A stretch of DNA of 64,000 nucleotides. Origin: Nitrospirales bacterium (GTDB taxonomy: Bacteria > Nitrospirota > Nitrospiria > Nitrospirales > UBA8639). The DNA lies in NCBI GenBank assembly GCA_965223295.1, contig CBDCWC010000002.1, positions 640,001 through 704,000 of the forward strand, given 5' to 3'. Below the pieces are notes generated by a model, which was not told the origin of the DNA, ran no database searches, and saw nothing but the letters and a program-made list of their open reading frames with translations. The translations under genes and the position numbers were made by a program. Positions 41,773 through 51,452 of this stretch are shown here, in pieces; within the stretch, counting starts at the first letter, position 1, and each line of letters begins with the position of its first letter.

Positions 41773-42450
41773 ATGAAACCTATGAGTCTTCTCCCCTATC
41801 GTGATCTTATTCTTGGCCAAGATTACTGGATCCAAGACAATGTGTTGCCCAGTGCTCTTGAAGTCGCTCAACGCTGCATGACATTTACAACATGGACCCT
41901 AGGTTCGCCATGGCGTCAAGAACCTTGGCCTGGCATGAGAGCCCCTCAGGCGTTGCTGCCTCAAGAAATGCACACGATTGAAACCTGCGTCAAACAACAC
42001 TTGAACGTCCCAACCCTCACCCCTCAGACAGATTCGGAAGCAGGCCTCTCTGGACATAACCATATTCAGATTTGTGGTGGATCAGAAGGGGTGGCACGCC
42101 CCCATGTCGATTCGGCCAGAATCTGTGACTATGCGGCCGTCCTTTATTTGCATCCAAACCCGCCCACCACTCACTGTGGAACTTCATTTTATCGCTTACA
42201 TCTTCCTGGAGAAACGCCGGATGGAAATTACTGCCCGAAAGAACATGAAAGTCTCAGCGAAGTACCTGGGATCTCCCGGGAAATGGACCCCACGATGTTC
42301 GAGGAAATTCTAGAGGCACCCTATGTCTTCAATCGTCTGGTCGCCTATAAAGCTGACCTCATTCACTCCGCCACTGGCTATTTCGGCTGGGATCATGCCT
42401 TAGCCTCAAAACGGATGGCCGTCGTCTTTTTCTGGAAAGCTCCGACGTGA
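41773..42450 (+). CDS. 2OG-Fe(II) oxygenase-like protein (DUF6445-like)
   Basis: WPGMR, PHVD, YAAVLYL, GTSFY, FNRLVAY...HSA, RMAVVFF. Confidence 0.75.
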   Translation: MKPMSLLPYRDLILGQDYWIQDNVLPSALEVAQRCMTFTTWTLGSPWRQEPWPGMRAPQALLPQEMHTIETCVKQHLNVPTLTPQTDSEAGLSGHNHIQICGGSEGVARPHVDSARICDYAAVLYLHPNPPTTHCGTSFYRLHLPGETPDGNYCPKEHESLSEVPGISREMDPTMFEEILEAPYVFNRLVAYKADLIHSATGYFGWDHALASKRMAVVFFWKAPT

Positions 42451-42466
42451 TAATGGCAAATTTATG

Positions 42467-43003
42467 CTATGGACTTTTCTGAGAAAATATTTTTATTTTG
42501 AGTATGTAGGCCGCGCTAAAGCCTAAGGCCAAGCCAATTCCCCATCCTGCTAACACATCCGTCATGTAGTGGGCGCCCAGATAGATCCGTGAGAGACCGA
42601 TAAGACCCATGAGCGGCCATAAGATCCAGCCCAGCGTAGGATACAGCACAACCAGGAATGCGATGGCCGTGCTGGAGTTCAAGGCATGGTTGGACGGCAG
42701 GCTGAAACTTCCACCACAGCCTACCAGCTCATGAACCTGTGTAAGAATTTGGCAGGGTCGCGGACGCGCAATCAGATTTTTTAGTTGCCCGCCTAGTAAG
42801 TCACTGAACCCGATCAATAGCCCTAAAGTCGGTAGAGCAAACTTTGCTTCGTCCCATCTACGCCAACCCCAATAGGCCATGGCCAATATTCCGGGAATAA
42901 TTAAATTGCTCTCTTGGGAGCATTGGAACATGAGCCAATCCAATTCAGGCAACTGCCCGGCCCATCCGTTAATGACTCGAAACCATTCTTCGTCAAATGA
43001 CAT
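42467..43003 (-). CDS. PAP2 family phosphatase
   Basis: K..IARPRP, SLPSNH, SRIYLGAHY.TDV. Confidence 0.92.
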   Translation of the reverse strand: MSFDEEWFRVINGWAGQLPELDWLMFQCSQESNLIIPGILAMAYWGWRRWDEAKFALPTLGLLIGFSDLLGGQLKNLIARPRPCQILTQVHELVGCGGSFSLPSNHALNSSTAIAFLVVLYPTLGWILWPLMGLIGLSRIYLGAHYMTDVLAGWGIGLALGFSAAYILKIKIFSQKSP

Positions 43004-43123
43004 GGATGAGACTCACGATATGTGTACATTCTGGATTCAAGAACGACGATCTTTGCCTTACTCTCTGCAGCAAATCTGTTTGATATGCTACCATGCTCTT
43101 TTGAATAATAAAGGAGTGATTGC

Positions 43124-43906
43124 ATGTTGATTGATACCCATGTGCATTTAGATGATGCCCGATATGACGCTGACCGTGAAGCCGTGTTTCAGCGCGCAGA
43201 AGCAGCAGGTGTCGGGGCTTTCATTACGATTGGTTGTGATTTGACCACCAGTACAGCAGCCGTGAAATTAGCCGCTGAGCGTTCGAATGTCTATGCCACG
43301 GTAGGAGTGCATCCCCACGAAGTCAAACGAATCGAGCCTCACTGGTATGAAGAACTCCAACAATTAGCTCAGCAACCTAAGGTTGTAGCGTTTGGAGAAA
43401 TTGGTTTGGATTATCATTATGATCATTCCCCACGTGAGATCCAACGCCAGCAATTTCGAGAACAAGTCACCATAGCCAAATCTCTAAACCTCCCCCTGGT
43501 CATTCATACACGGGAAGCACAGGAAGATACGATGACCATTCTTCAGGAAGAGCAAGCTGAATCCGTCGGAGGCGTGTTTCATTGTTTTTCCGGAGATCCG
43601 TGGTTGGCCAAAGAGGCTCTAGATTTAGGTTTCTACCTGTCGTTTTCGGGAATCATCACGTTTCGTAATGCCACGCTGCTTCGAGATGTGATCCGCACGG
43701 TGCCTGATGATCGCATCTTAATCGAAACAGACGCTCCGTATTTAACGCCGGTTCCCTTTCGAGGAAAACGCAATGAATCGGCCTATGTCAAACATGTTGC
43801 CGAACAGATCGCGGAATTAAAATTTGGCGACTCGACAACCGGGCTCTCCGAAATATCAGAACTCACCACACATAACGCCCAGCGTCTCTTTAAAATTTCT
43901 TCATAA
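43124..43906 (+). CDS. tatD: TatD family hydrolase/nuclease
   Basis: IDTHVHL, GVHPH, GEIGLDY, IHTREA, HCFSG, ETDAPYL. Confidence 0.93.
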   Translation: MLIDTHVHLDDARYDADREAVFQRAEAAGVGAFITIGCDLTTSTAAVKLAAERSNVYATVGVHPHEVKRIEPHWYEELQQLAQQPKVVAFGEIGLDYHYDHSPREIQRQQFREQVTIAKSLNLPLVIHTREAQEDTMTILQEEQAESVGGVFHCFSGDPWLAKEALDLGFYLSFSGIITFRNATLLRDVIRTVPDDRILIETDAPYLTPVPFRGKRNESAYVKHVAEQIAELKFGDSTTGLSEISELTTHNAQRLFKISS

Positions 43907-44438
43907 TACGATTCCGTTGACGTAGTTTTTTGGGCAATTTCCGCGGATTGCCTTTCTTCTCTTTTGGCCGTGTTGACATATCTTCACTGGCCTCTTTTCC
44001 CTCCGGTCCGGCTCGAGAAGACCGAGCAGACGAACGTGCTTGACTCCCCCTGTGCAAACGAGTGAGAAATTCCTGTGACCGGATCACAAACGCGCCAAAG
44101 GCTCGCGCCACGTTGGCAACTTCAAGATCGGATGATACCACAGCCGTCTCTTTTCCAAACCTCCGAATTAATTGTTGAATGACTTGATCGGCTCGTTCCC
44201 CTTCCGCCGAATATATCACAGTCACTCCCGTATGATGAGACGTCTGTCGGTTATTTCCTGATTGCCGCCACGCATCAAACACAACGGTAATAGGACAATG
44301 TATACTCTGCCCATACAAACCGAGACGCGTGACAAATTGTTCGCGGTGGACTTCTCCTGATCCAATAACTTTCTGAGGAGGAAGCCCCGTGGCCCCTAAC
44401 ACATTATAGCCATCAATGATAAGATGTTGTGGTGTCAT
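43890..44438 (-). CDS. NYN domain protein (YacP-like)
   Basis: LIIDGYNV, VVFDA, ERADQVI, VVSSD. Confidence 0.85.
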   Translation of the reverse strand: MTPQHLIIDGYNVLGATGLPPQKVIGSGEVHREQFVTRLGLYGQSIHCPITVVFDAWRQSGNNRQTSHHTGVTVIYSAEGERADQVIQQLIRRFGKETAVVSSDLEVANVARAFGAFVIRSQEFLTRLHRGSQARSSARSSRAGPEGKEASEDMSTRPKEKKGNPRKLPKKLRQRNRIMKKF

Positions 44439-44574
44439 ACTTGAAAGCTAGGCCCTATACAATGACAAAGTTCTAATGTCCAGTCTACACTTCAATGAGC
44501 GACGATGCACCTCAACCTTATCTTGACAAGAAATAAATCATCTGCGAAAAAATAGAGGAACGGTTGAATTTTCT

Positions 44575-45852
44575 ATGTTTTACTTGCGAACGATAGTTTT
44601 CTATTCCTATCTGGTGCTTCTTTTTTCCACCTTTGCTCCAACCTGGGCGGGGGAAGGTGGGCTCCGTCTGCCGGTGCAAGAAGAATCATTCCCTCCGTTC
44701 CAATTAGTGGCAAAACGTTCGAACGAGAGCATGGTTCGAAATATTCGAACCCACCAGCATAAAACCTACACTCGTTTAGTCTTGGACATCGATCAAGATA
44801 TTCATCCCGCACCATCCGACCAGCACAGGAATCAATCATTTCAACTCAAGCTTCCTCATACACGTATTCTCAAACGAGCGCTGTCAAAAACGAACGGCAA
44901 AAATTTTCCGATTACCATACATGTGTCAAGAACGAAGCAAGGATCTCTTGTCCTCACCATACCCACCAAATCTTGGAAGAAATACAAGTGGTACGTCCTG
45001 CAAAATCCTGCTCGGCTGGTCTTAGATTTATATCCGGATTCATCACAACCCACTACAGTTGTGAAAGCACCGAAAGCTTCGGCAAAATCATCGGTGACAC
45101 CTCAGGTAACAAAAAAGACTCCATCGTCTCCTGTCGTTGTGCCTCCTCCTAAAGCCCTCACGCAGAAAAAACAGATGATCATTGTGCTTGATCCGGGCCA
45201 TGGAGGGAAAGACCCGGGTGCTTTAGGTGGAAAAGGTACGAAAGAGAAGGATATTGTTTTAAAAATTTCTCGTCATCTTCGTGACCTGTTAGCAAAACAA
45301 ACTGGCGCCAAAGTATTAATGACGCGCGAAAAAGATATGTTTATCGAATTAGAAGATCGAGCGATCTTTGCCAACAAACGCAAAGCCGACTTGTTCGTCT
45401 CAATTCATATTAACTCCAATACGAAAAAGTCTATAAGAGGGCTGGAAATGTATCACTTCGGAGAAGCCAGCGATCCGCGGGCCCTTGAAGTGTCCGCGCG
45501 AGAAAACGGCACACCGCTTCAAGATAATGGACCAGCCTGGCAATTCATCCTTGCAGATAAGCTGCATGACAAAAAAATTGAAGATTCCCAGGAGTTTGCC
45601 TGGACGACGAAAAAAGCGCTTGTGAATTATTTAAAGCCTTTTTACAAAGTCAAAGATCACGGGGTTAAAACGGCCCCCTTCTTTGTCCTTCGCATGACCA
45701 CCATGCCAGCCATCTTGGCCGAAATTGCTTTCATCTCAAATCCCACTGAAGAAAAACTTCTCAAAAGTTCAAAATATCAAAAACGCGTGGCTCAAGGAAT
45801 CTTTGAAGGCATCAAATCGTACATCAAACCTCTACAAACCGCCTCTCGATAA
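44575..45852 (+). CDS. N-acetylmuramoyl-L-alanine amidase with AMIN-like N-domain
   Basis: NPARLVLDL, VLDPGHGGKDPGA, EKDIVL, FVSIHIN, LAEIAFISN. Confidence 0.93.
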   Translation: MFYLRTIVFYSYLVLLFSTFAPTWAGEGGLRLPVQEESFPPFQLVAKRSNESMVRNIRTHQHKTYTRLVLDIDQDIHPAPSDQHRNQSFQLKLPHTRILKRALSKTNGKNFPITIHVSRTKQGSLVLTIPTKSWKKYKWYVLQNPARLVLDLYPDSSQPTTVVKAPKASAKSSVTPQVTKKTPSSPVVVPPPKALTQKKQMIIVLDPGHGGKDPGALGGKGTKEKDIVLKISRHLRDLLAKQTGAKVLMTREKDMFIELEDRAIFANKRKADLFVSIHINSNTKKSIRGLEMYHFGEASDPRALEVSARENGTPLQDNGPAWQFILADKLHDKKIEDSQEFAWTTKKALVNYLKPFYKVKDHGVKTAPFFVLRMTTMPAILAEIAFISNPTEEKLLKSSKYQKRVAQGIFEGIKSYIKPLQTASR

Positions 45853-45977
45853 CTTCCCCCCTTCTCACTCCACTTTTCCCCAACTTCTATTCGATCTTTT
45901 CTTCTGGCTTGGGGTTCGGTACCATCCTTCCAACTTTTCGCTGTCTCGGCAGAGCGTTACAATAGCCTAACTTTACT

Positions 45978-46712
45978 GTGGCAATCATTAGACTCACGAT
46001 TGAATACGATGGTACGGCCTACGCGGGATGGCAACGCCAACCGAACCACCCAACCATTCAAGCTGTTCTTGAAGAGGCATTGTTTAGAGTTACGCAGGAA
46101 CACATTCCAATCGTGGCAGCAGGACGAACGGATTCAGGGGTGCATGCTTTAGGACAAGCAGCTAGCTTTCAGTCCAATAAAAGTTTGCCTGGCGCACAAT
46201 GGTCCTCGGCACTCAATAACTATCTTCCCAAAGATATCTCCGTGCGCTCTAGCGAACAAGTTCAAGAAGATTTCCATGCTCGATTTAGTGCTAAAGGAAA
46301 AACGTATGAATATCGAATGACTCTGCGGTCGTCTCGCCCGGCCTTGGACCGTTATCGAACTTGGCATATCCCCTATGTTTTAGATACGGAAGCCATGAAA
46401 CAGTCCCTTCCTGAAATCTTAGGCACTCATGACTTCTCTTCGTTTCGCGGTCAACGATCCCAGACGAAAAACCCCATCTGTACCATTACAGACCTTTCTC
46501 TTGATCTCGAAGGATCTTCATTGAAATTTCGTATTGAGGGTGATCGTTTTCTGAAGCAAATGGTTCGGGCTATTGTCGGCACTTTAGTTGAGATAGGCTT
46601 GCATAAGCGAAGACCCGGTACCATCTCTGACGTCATTCATGCCAGAAATCGTCGAGCCGCCGGTCGCACTGCCCCGCCCCATGGGCTATATCTTACCAAG
46701 GTGAAATACTAA
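45978..46712 (+). CDS. truA: tRNA pseudouridine(38-40) synthase
   Basis: EYDGTAYAGWQRQ, AGRTDSGVHA, FHARF, FLKQMVR, APPHGLYL. Confidence 0.96.
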   Translation: MAIIRLTIEYDGTAYAGWQRQPNHPTIQAVLEEALFRVTQEHIPIVAAGRTDSGVHALGQAASFQSNKSLPGAQWSSALNNYLPKDISVRSSEQVQEDFHARFSAKGKTYEYRMTLRSSRPALDRYRTWHIPYVLDTEAMKQSLPEILGTHDFSSFRGQRSQTKNPICTITDLSLDLEGSSLKFRIEGDRFLKQMVRAIVGTLVEIGLHKRRPGTISDVIHARNRRAAGRTAPPHGLYLTKVKY

Positions 46713-46738
46713 TTCCATGGACATCCAAGCTTTATAAA

Positions 46739-46756
46739 TTCGAGTCTGACCCCTAA
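46739..46756. repeat. Solo half of the GGGGTCAGACTCGAA REP-like motif
   Basis: ttcgagtctgacccctaa, identical to 26520-26537; 10 bp from the IS3 end. Confidence 0.75.
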
Positions 46757-46805
46757 ATCATTGGCATGACGTGCCCCCAGTGATTGTTCCAGTGTGCATG
46801 CAGCT

Positions 46806-47651
46806 TTAAGCGCATTTTGGAATTAATGCCTCAGGGGTTGGTGGTTTGTATCCTAAAGCGCTATGGGGACGCACCTGCTTATAGTGTTGCCGCCACCATT
46901 CGATGAGCACTTGCGCTTCCCGGAGCGTATAGAAGATTTCCCCGTTCAAGAGCTCATCCCGCAGTTTGCCATTCAAACTCTCATTATAGCCATTCTCCCA
47001 GGGGCTGCCTGGTTCGATAAACAAGGTGCCGACCCCTAGCTGGGCGAGCCATTGTCGAACAGCCTTCGCGGTAAATTCTGGGCCGTTATCCGAACGAATA
47101 TATCCCGGACAACCGTGCTGCAGAAACAGCTCAGCCAGCCGATGTAGCACATCATCGGCTCGAAGATGCCGAGCGACCTCAATAGCCAAACATTCTCGGG
47201 TATATTCATCGACAATGGTCAGCAAGCGTACCGGGCGACCATCATGGGTCCGCGTGGCCACAAAATCGTAGGCCCAGACATGATTTGGATGTTGAGGCTG
47301 GAGCCGCACACAGGAGTCCTTGTTGATCCAGAGTCGCCCCCGTTTGGGTTGCTTCTTCGGCACTTTTAAGCCTTCCCGCCGCCAAATCCGTTCCACGCGT
47401 TTATGATTCACGTGCCAGCCCTCGACTCGAACCAACGCGGTGATGCGTCGGTAGCCATAGCGCCCATACTTTCGAGCCAGCCGCACAATCGTTTTAGTTA
47501 ACGCTTCTTCGTCCCCTCGGACCTGAGCCTGATACCGCTGTGTCGATCGAGGTTGCCCCAGCACCTGGCACGTCCGCCGTTCCGCCACCCTCAGTCGTTG
47601 CCCAATGGTGTGAACGGCTCGGCGGCGTCGGGTGGGGCTTAGAAGTTTCCC
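46806..47651 (-). CDS. IS3 transposase OrfB (DDE integrase core), expressed by -1 frameshift
   Basis: [47 protein letters not shown]. Confidence 0.9.
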   Translation of the reverse strand, partial: GKLLSPTRRRRAVHTIGQRLRVAERRTCQVLGQPRSTQRYQAQVRGDEEALTKTIVRLARKYGRYGYRRITALVRVEGWHVNHKRVERIWRREGLKVPKKQPKRGRLWINKDSCVRLQPQHPNHVWAYDFVATRTHDGRPVRLLTIVDEYTRECLAIEVARHLRADDVLHRLAELFLQHGCPGYIRSDNGPEFTAKAVRQWLAQLGVGTLFIEPGSPWENGYNESLNGKLRDELLNGEIFYTLREAQVLIEWWRQHYKQVRPHSALGYKPPTPEALIPKCA

Positions 47652-47917
47652 TCAGCTGCTTCCTTCAGAATCAATTTATCCAGGGTGAGATCTGCCACGG
47701 CTCGCTTCAAGCGGGCATTCTCGCGCTCCAAGTCTTTGAGTCGTTTCGCCTGATCAAGCTTCAGTCCACCATATTCCTGCCGCCACCGATAGTAGGTGGG
47801 ATCGGTGATATTCCACTTCCGACAAATGTCTTTGACGGTCTGCCCTTGCCCCAACAGGACCTCCGCTTCCCGCAGTTTGTGAATGATTTGTTCAACCGAG
47901 TACTTCACACGTGCCAT
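47639..47917 (-). CDS. IS3 transposase OrfA (HTH plus leucine zipper)
   Basis: [40 protein letters not shown]. Confidence 0.92.
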   Translation of the reverse strand: MARVKYSVEQIIHKLREAEVLLGQGQTVKDICRKWNITDPTYYRWRQEYGGLKLDQAKRLKDLERENARLKRAVADLTLDKLILKEAAEGNF

Positions 47918-47986
47918 GATACCCTCCTTTTTTATATGCCCTAGCCTGTAACATAGGCCTCGGAGCCGTTTAAAGGGGGCACGCCA

Positions 47987-48153
47987 ATGTCGCGATGGGG
48001 CAAACGATCAACACGACGTACGTGGATCAATCGCCACTCTCGTCTGCCATCTACACCATCACGGCTCACGATGCCGCTGGCAATGTTTCGCTGCACAGCA
48101 ATCCTGTTGAACACAGTAATGGCGGAGGGAATGGCGGCAAGGGGAGAAAATAG
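47987..48153 (+). pseudogene. Orphan C-terminal fragment of a fibronectin type III-like protein
   Basis: Frame reads GQTINTTYVDQSPLSSAIYTITAHDAAGNVSLHSNPVEHSNGGGNGGKGRK*, starting at the IS3 end. Confidence 0.6.
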
Positions 48154-48180
48154 ATAAGGCACTAAACTAAGTTGTTCATT

Positions 48181-48201
48181 GGATGCTCTTCGCGAGCATC
48201 C
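48181..48201. terminator. Hairpin between convergent FN3 remnant and aldolase
   Basis: GGATGCTC-ttcgc-GAGCATCC perfect 8 bp stem; no clear U-tract. Confidence 0.45.
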
Positions 48202-48263
48202 AAGCGTAGTAGGGGGTAAACTGTTGGTTAGATAATTTACTGCGCGGCATTGGGTGTGTAAGA

Positions 48264-49187
48264 TTATTGCAACTCTCCTGAATAGATTTTCATGACGGTT
48301 GACAGAAATTCCAATGCCTCCGGTTTCTTACGCTGAAAGGAATTCCGTCCAATAATTGATCCAAACCCGCCCCCATCCCGAATGGCTCGGGCTTCATCAA
48401 AAATCTTATTATCTTCGCCCCTGGCCCCGCCTGAAAAAATGACGATGCGTCGACCATCAAACGTACTTTGCATCACATGTCGAATACGTTCAGCGGGTGT
48501 ACTGATGGGTATTTTTTCCGCTTCATATACTTTTTTTGCAGCCGCCTGCTCTACATGAGCGCTGGGAACTTTTACTTTGATAATATGAGACCCTAACTGA
48601 GCCGCGATTTGAGCCGCATAAGCGACAACATCCATGGCCGTCTCCCCTTCCTTGCTCAACCCTGAACCACGAGGGTAGGACCACACCACCACGGCAAGGC
48701 CATACGACTTCGCTTCTTCAGCAATCTCACGCAATTGCTGATACATGGTTTGGCTATGAGCTGACCCAGGGTAGATAGTATAGCCAACAGCACAACAACC
48801 TAATCGCAGAGCATCTCGCACACTTCCCGTAATCGCGGAATTAGGGTCTTTGGTCTCTTGCAAGGAGTCATTGTTATTTAGCTTGAGGATGAGAGGAATT
48901 TGTCCGGCATATTCGGCAGCCCCAGCTTCAAGAAACCCAAGAGGCGCAGCATAGGCATTACAACCAGACTCAATTCCCAATTGAAAATGTGAAAAGGGAT
49001 CATACCCCGCCGGGTTCGGAGCAAATGATCGAGCTGGACCATGCTCAAAGCCCTGATCAACAGGGAGAATCACTAAACGTCCCGTCCCTCCCAATGTTCC
49101 ATTCATGAGTAACCGAGCCAGATTCATTAATACGCCGGGAGAATTGCCTTCATAATTTCGTAAAATTTCTCTCACACGAGGTGTCAT
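48264..49187 (-). CDS. Class I fructose-bisphosphate aldolase (DhnA/FbaB type)
   Basis: ILPVDQGFEHGP, AVGYTIYPGS, WSYPRG, IIKVK, SIIGRN. Confidence 0.92.
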   Translation of the reverse strand: MTPRVREILRNYEGNSPGVLMNLARLLMNGTLGGTGRLVILPVDQGFEHGPARSFAPNPAGYDPFSHFQLGIESGCNAYAAPLGFLEAGAAEYAGQIPLILKLNNNDSLQETKDPNSAITGSVRDALRLGCCAVGYTIYPGSAHSQTMYQQLREIAEEAKSYGLAVVVWSYPRGSGLSKEGETAMDVVAYAAQIAAQLGSHIIKVKVPSAHVEQAAAKKVYEAEKIPISTPAERIRHVMQSTFDGRRIVIFSGGARGEDNKIFDEARAIRDGGGFGSIIGRNSFQRKKPEALEFLSTVMKIYSGELQ

Positions 49188-49307
49188 CTCAACTGCTCCT
49201 TCCACAGACCATACAGAAAATTTTTATAACCCTAAACATATAAAAATGATCAACATCTAGTGTAAAAGAGCATGGCACCGAAAACAACATGAGCCATCAC
49301 TCTTTTT

Positions 49308-49497
49308 GGGTCTGTTGAAAAAAGCCGCCAGCGGCGTTCTCGCCATTTTTCCGTGCTCACGTAGTACCAATACGCTCCGCGCGAAAAAATGGCTGCGGTC
49401 TTGCTGGACGAAATTTTTGAACAGACCCGAGGCCTCTGACATGTGACGCCACAGAGGCTAAATGTGGCCGTCGATATCATCATTATTCAACCGTCCC
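49308..49497 (+). repeat. MITE-like repeat copy E (core 49308-49428, tail to 49497)
   Basis: gggtctgttgaaaaaag...tttttgaacagaccc; tail ends attattcaaccgtccc. Confidence 0.9.
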
Positions 49498-49517
49498 TTT
49501 TTCCAAATTTATGATGA

Positions 49518-50159
49518 CTAATCTGTCTGTTCGATTTTTTTTCGAAGCGTGATTAGTTCTTGCTCCATTGCTTCAAAACGTTCAGCGATAGGATCTGGAA
49601 TATTTGTATGATCCATCGTGGCCTCGGGTAAACGGGCTCCATCATATTTGACGATACGGCCAGGATTTCCCACGACTGTTGAATTTGCCGGCACTGACCG
49701 AAGCACAACAGCATTGGCCCCAACCTTCACGTTATCCCCAATGGAAATTCCTCCCAAAACTTTGGCTCCTGCCCCCACGACGACATGATTCCCCAATGTT
49801 GGATGGCGTTTGCCGCGTTCTTTCCCAGTTCCTCCTAACGTGACTCCCTGAAACAACGTCACGTAATCTCCGATTTCTGTGGTCTCCCCGATGACCACTC
49901 CCATTCCATGGTCAATGAAGAATCCAACTCCAATTGTCGCGCCCGGATGTATTTCCACTCCAGTCAGCCAACGTGCAAGTTGAGAAATCAGCCGAGGGAA
50001 AAATGGCACATGCTGCTTCAAAAGCCAATGGGAAATTCGATAGGCCAGAAGGGCATGAAACCCAGAATACGTGAAAAATACCTCTAATCGGCTCGTCGCA
50101 GCCGGATCCCGCTCAAAAACCGCTTGAAGATCTTGTGCAATTTGCGACATGTTCAACAT
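49518..50159 (-). CDS. cysE: Serine O-acetyltransferase
   Basis: RDPAA, GVEIHPGA, FIDHGMGVVIGET, GKRHPTLG; start uncertain. Confidence 0.95.
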   Translation of the reverse strand: MLNMSQIAQDLQAVFERDPAATSRLEVFFTYSGFHALLAYRISHWLLKQHVPFFPRLISQLARWLTGVEIHPGATIGVGFFIDHGMGVVIGETTEIGDYVTLFQGVTLGGTGKERGKRHPTLGNHVVVGAGAKVLGGISIGDNVKVGANAVVLRSVPANSTVVGNPGRIVKYDGARLPEATMDHTNIPDPIAERFEAMEQELITLRKKIEQTD

Positions 50160-50210
50160 TCGAGCACCTGGGCCAACGGCCAAAATCAATGGACCTTCTC
50201 TCACATTCCC

Positions 50211-50690
50211 TCAAGCTTTCTGAGACTCTATCAAACAGATGGCCATGACCGCGATGCCTTCTTTCCGGCCAATCATGCCAATTCCTTCGCCACTTTTGAC
50301 TTTGATATTCACCTGATGACGATCAACCCTCAACACTCGAGCCAAATTCTCACCCATATCATTCAAATAAGGCGCCAGTTTCGGTGCCTGGGCACAGATC
50401 ACGGTATCCAGATTCATCAGGGCATAATGCTCTTCTCGGAGAGTTTGCACAACATTTTCCAACATTAGCAAGCTGGACATATCTTGAAAGGCCGGATTAC
50501 TTGCTGGATACCGCGTTCCAAGATCGCCTTTTCCCAATGCGCCCAAGACCGCATCACAGACGGCATGCGTTAACGCATCGGCATCAGAATGGCCATCCAA
50601 CCCGTGCGAATGAGGTATCGTCACTCCGCCTAAAATTAACACCCGCCCTTCAGTTAAAGGGTGAATATCATATCCTTGACCAACTCTCAT
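50211..50690 (-). CDS. ispF: 2-C-methyl-D-erythritol 2,4-cyclodiphosphate synthase
   Basis: MRVGQGYDIH, GHSDADALTHA.CDA.LGA, QAPKLAP. Confidence 0.95.
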   Translation of the reverse strand: MRVGQGYDIHPLTEGRVLILGGVTIPHSHGLDGHSDADALTHAVCDAVLGALGKGDLGTRYPASNPAFQDMSSLLMLENVVQTLREEHYALMNLDTVICAQAPKLAPYLNDMGENLARVLRVDRHQVNIKVKSGEGIGMIGRKEGIAVMAICLIESQKA

Positions 50691-50747
50691 AGGTTTTGGC
50701 TCTTTTGATTTCTCACTTCACCATACTCCTCAACACCATCACCACCG

Positions 50748-51452
50748 TCAGGATTGCATATGGTCTCTCTTCAATATCGCTTCGCCAAAAATTAGGTCAT
50801 CAGGCTTGGTGATCTTAATATTAAAACAACTCCCCTCTACAACAGAAACCGGATAGCCCTTTCGTTCAATCAAAGCCGCATCATCCGTAACATTCCAATG
50901 TTCGCGCTCGGCTTGTCGATGCCCCTCGCAGAGCCAATCATATCGAAAAACTTGTGGCGTTTGAATATGCCATAACTCTTCTCGCTTTAGGGTTTCTTGA
51001 ATCATATGGGATGTATCAACTCGTTTGACGGTATCATGAATAGGCATAGCCACTACCGCAGCACCCGTTTGTTCCGCGCGGGCAATACTTTGTGTAACCA
51101 TGTCCTCTTGAATGAAAGGGCGCACACCATCATGAACTAAGACCAACTCGGGAGGCTCAGTAATAGCGAAAAGTCCATGACGCACCGAATCCTGACGACG
51201 TGCTCCACCGGCCACAATCTGAGTCACTTTCTCCAACCCAAATGGTTTCACAATTTCACGCCAACAATAGTCTTGATCGTCTTTTGGAACAGAGAGGATA
51301 ATTTCACGTATTGCTGGAATCTGCTGAAAAACCTTGAGGGAGAGAACTAGAAGAGGGATACCGCCAAGAGTCAGATATTGCTTACGGGCCGTTCCGCCCA
51401 TGCGAGTCCCCAGGCCCGCGGCAGGGACCACCGCCACAACAGATTTAGACAC
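50748..51452 (-). CDS. ispD: 2-C-methyl-D-erythritol 4-phosphate cytidylyltransferase
   Basis: PAAGLGTRMG, RRQDSV, LVHDGVRP, QTPQVF, TDDA, NIKIT. Confidence 0.95.
   Translation of the reverse strand: MSKSVVAVVPAAGLGTRMGGTARKQYLTLGGIPLLVLSLKVFQQIPAIREIILSVPKDDQDYCWREIVKPFGLEKVTQIVAGGARRQDSVRHGLFAITEPPELVLVHDGVRPFIQEDMVTQSIARAEQTGAAVVAMPIHDTVKRVDTSHMIQETLKREELWHIQTPQVFRYDWLCEGHRQAEREHWNVTDDAALIERKGYPVSVVEGSCFNIKITKPDDLIFGEAILKRDHMQS

Larger units (their letters stand above)
46767..47986 (-). mobile_element. IS3-family insertion sequence (~1220 bp)
   Basis: Terminal IRs TGACGTGCCCCC (46767) and GGGGGCACGCCA (47986); orfA/orfB overlap with slippery G GGA AAC at 47645-47651. Confidence 0.92.

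Noticed and set aside
40843-42450. 2OG-Fe(II) halogenases
   Set aside because: Both proteins keep the HxD carboxylate; halogenases have HxA/HxG.
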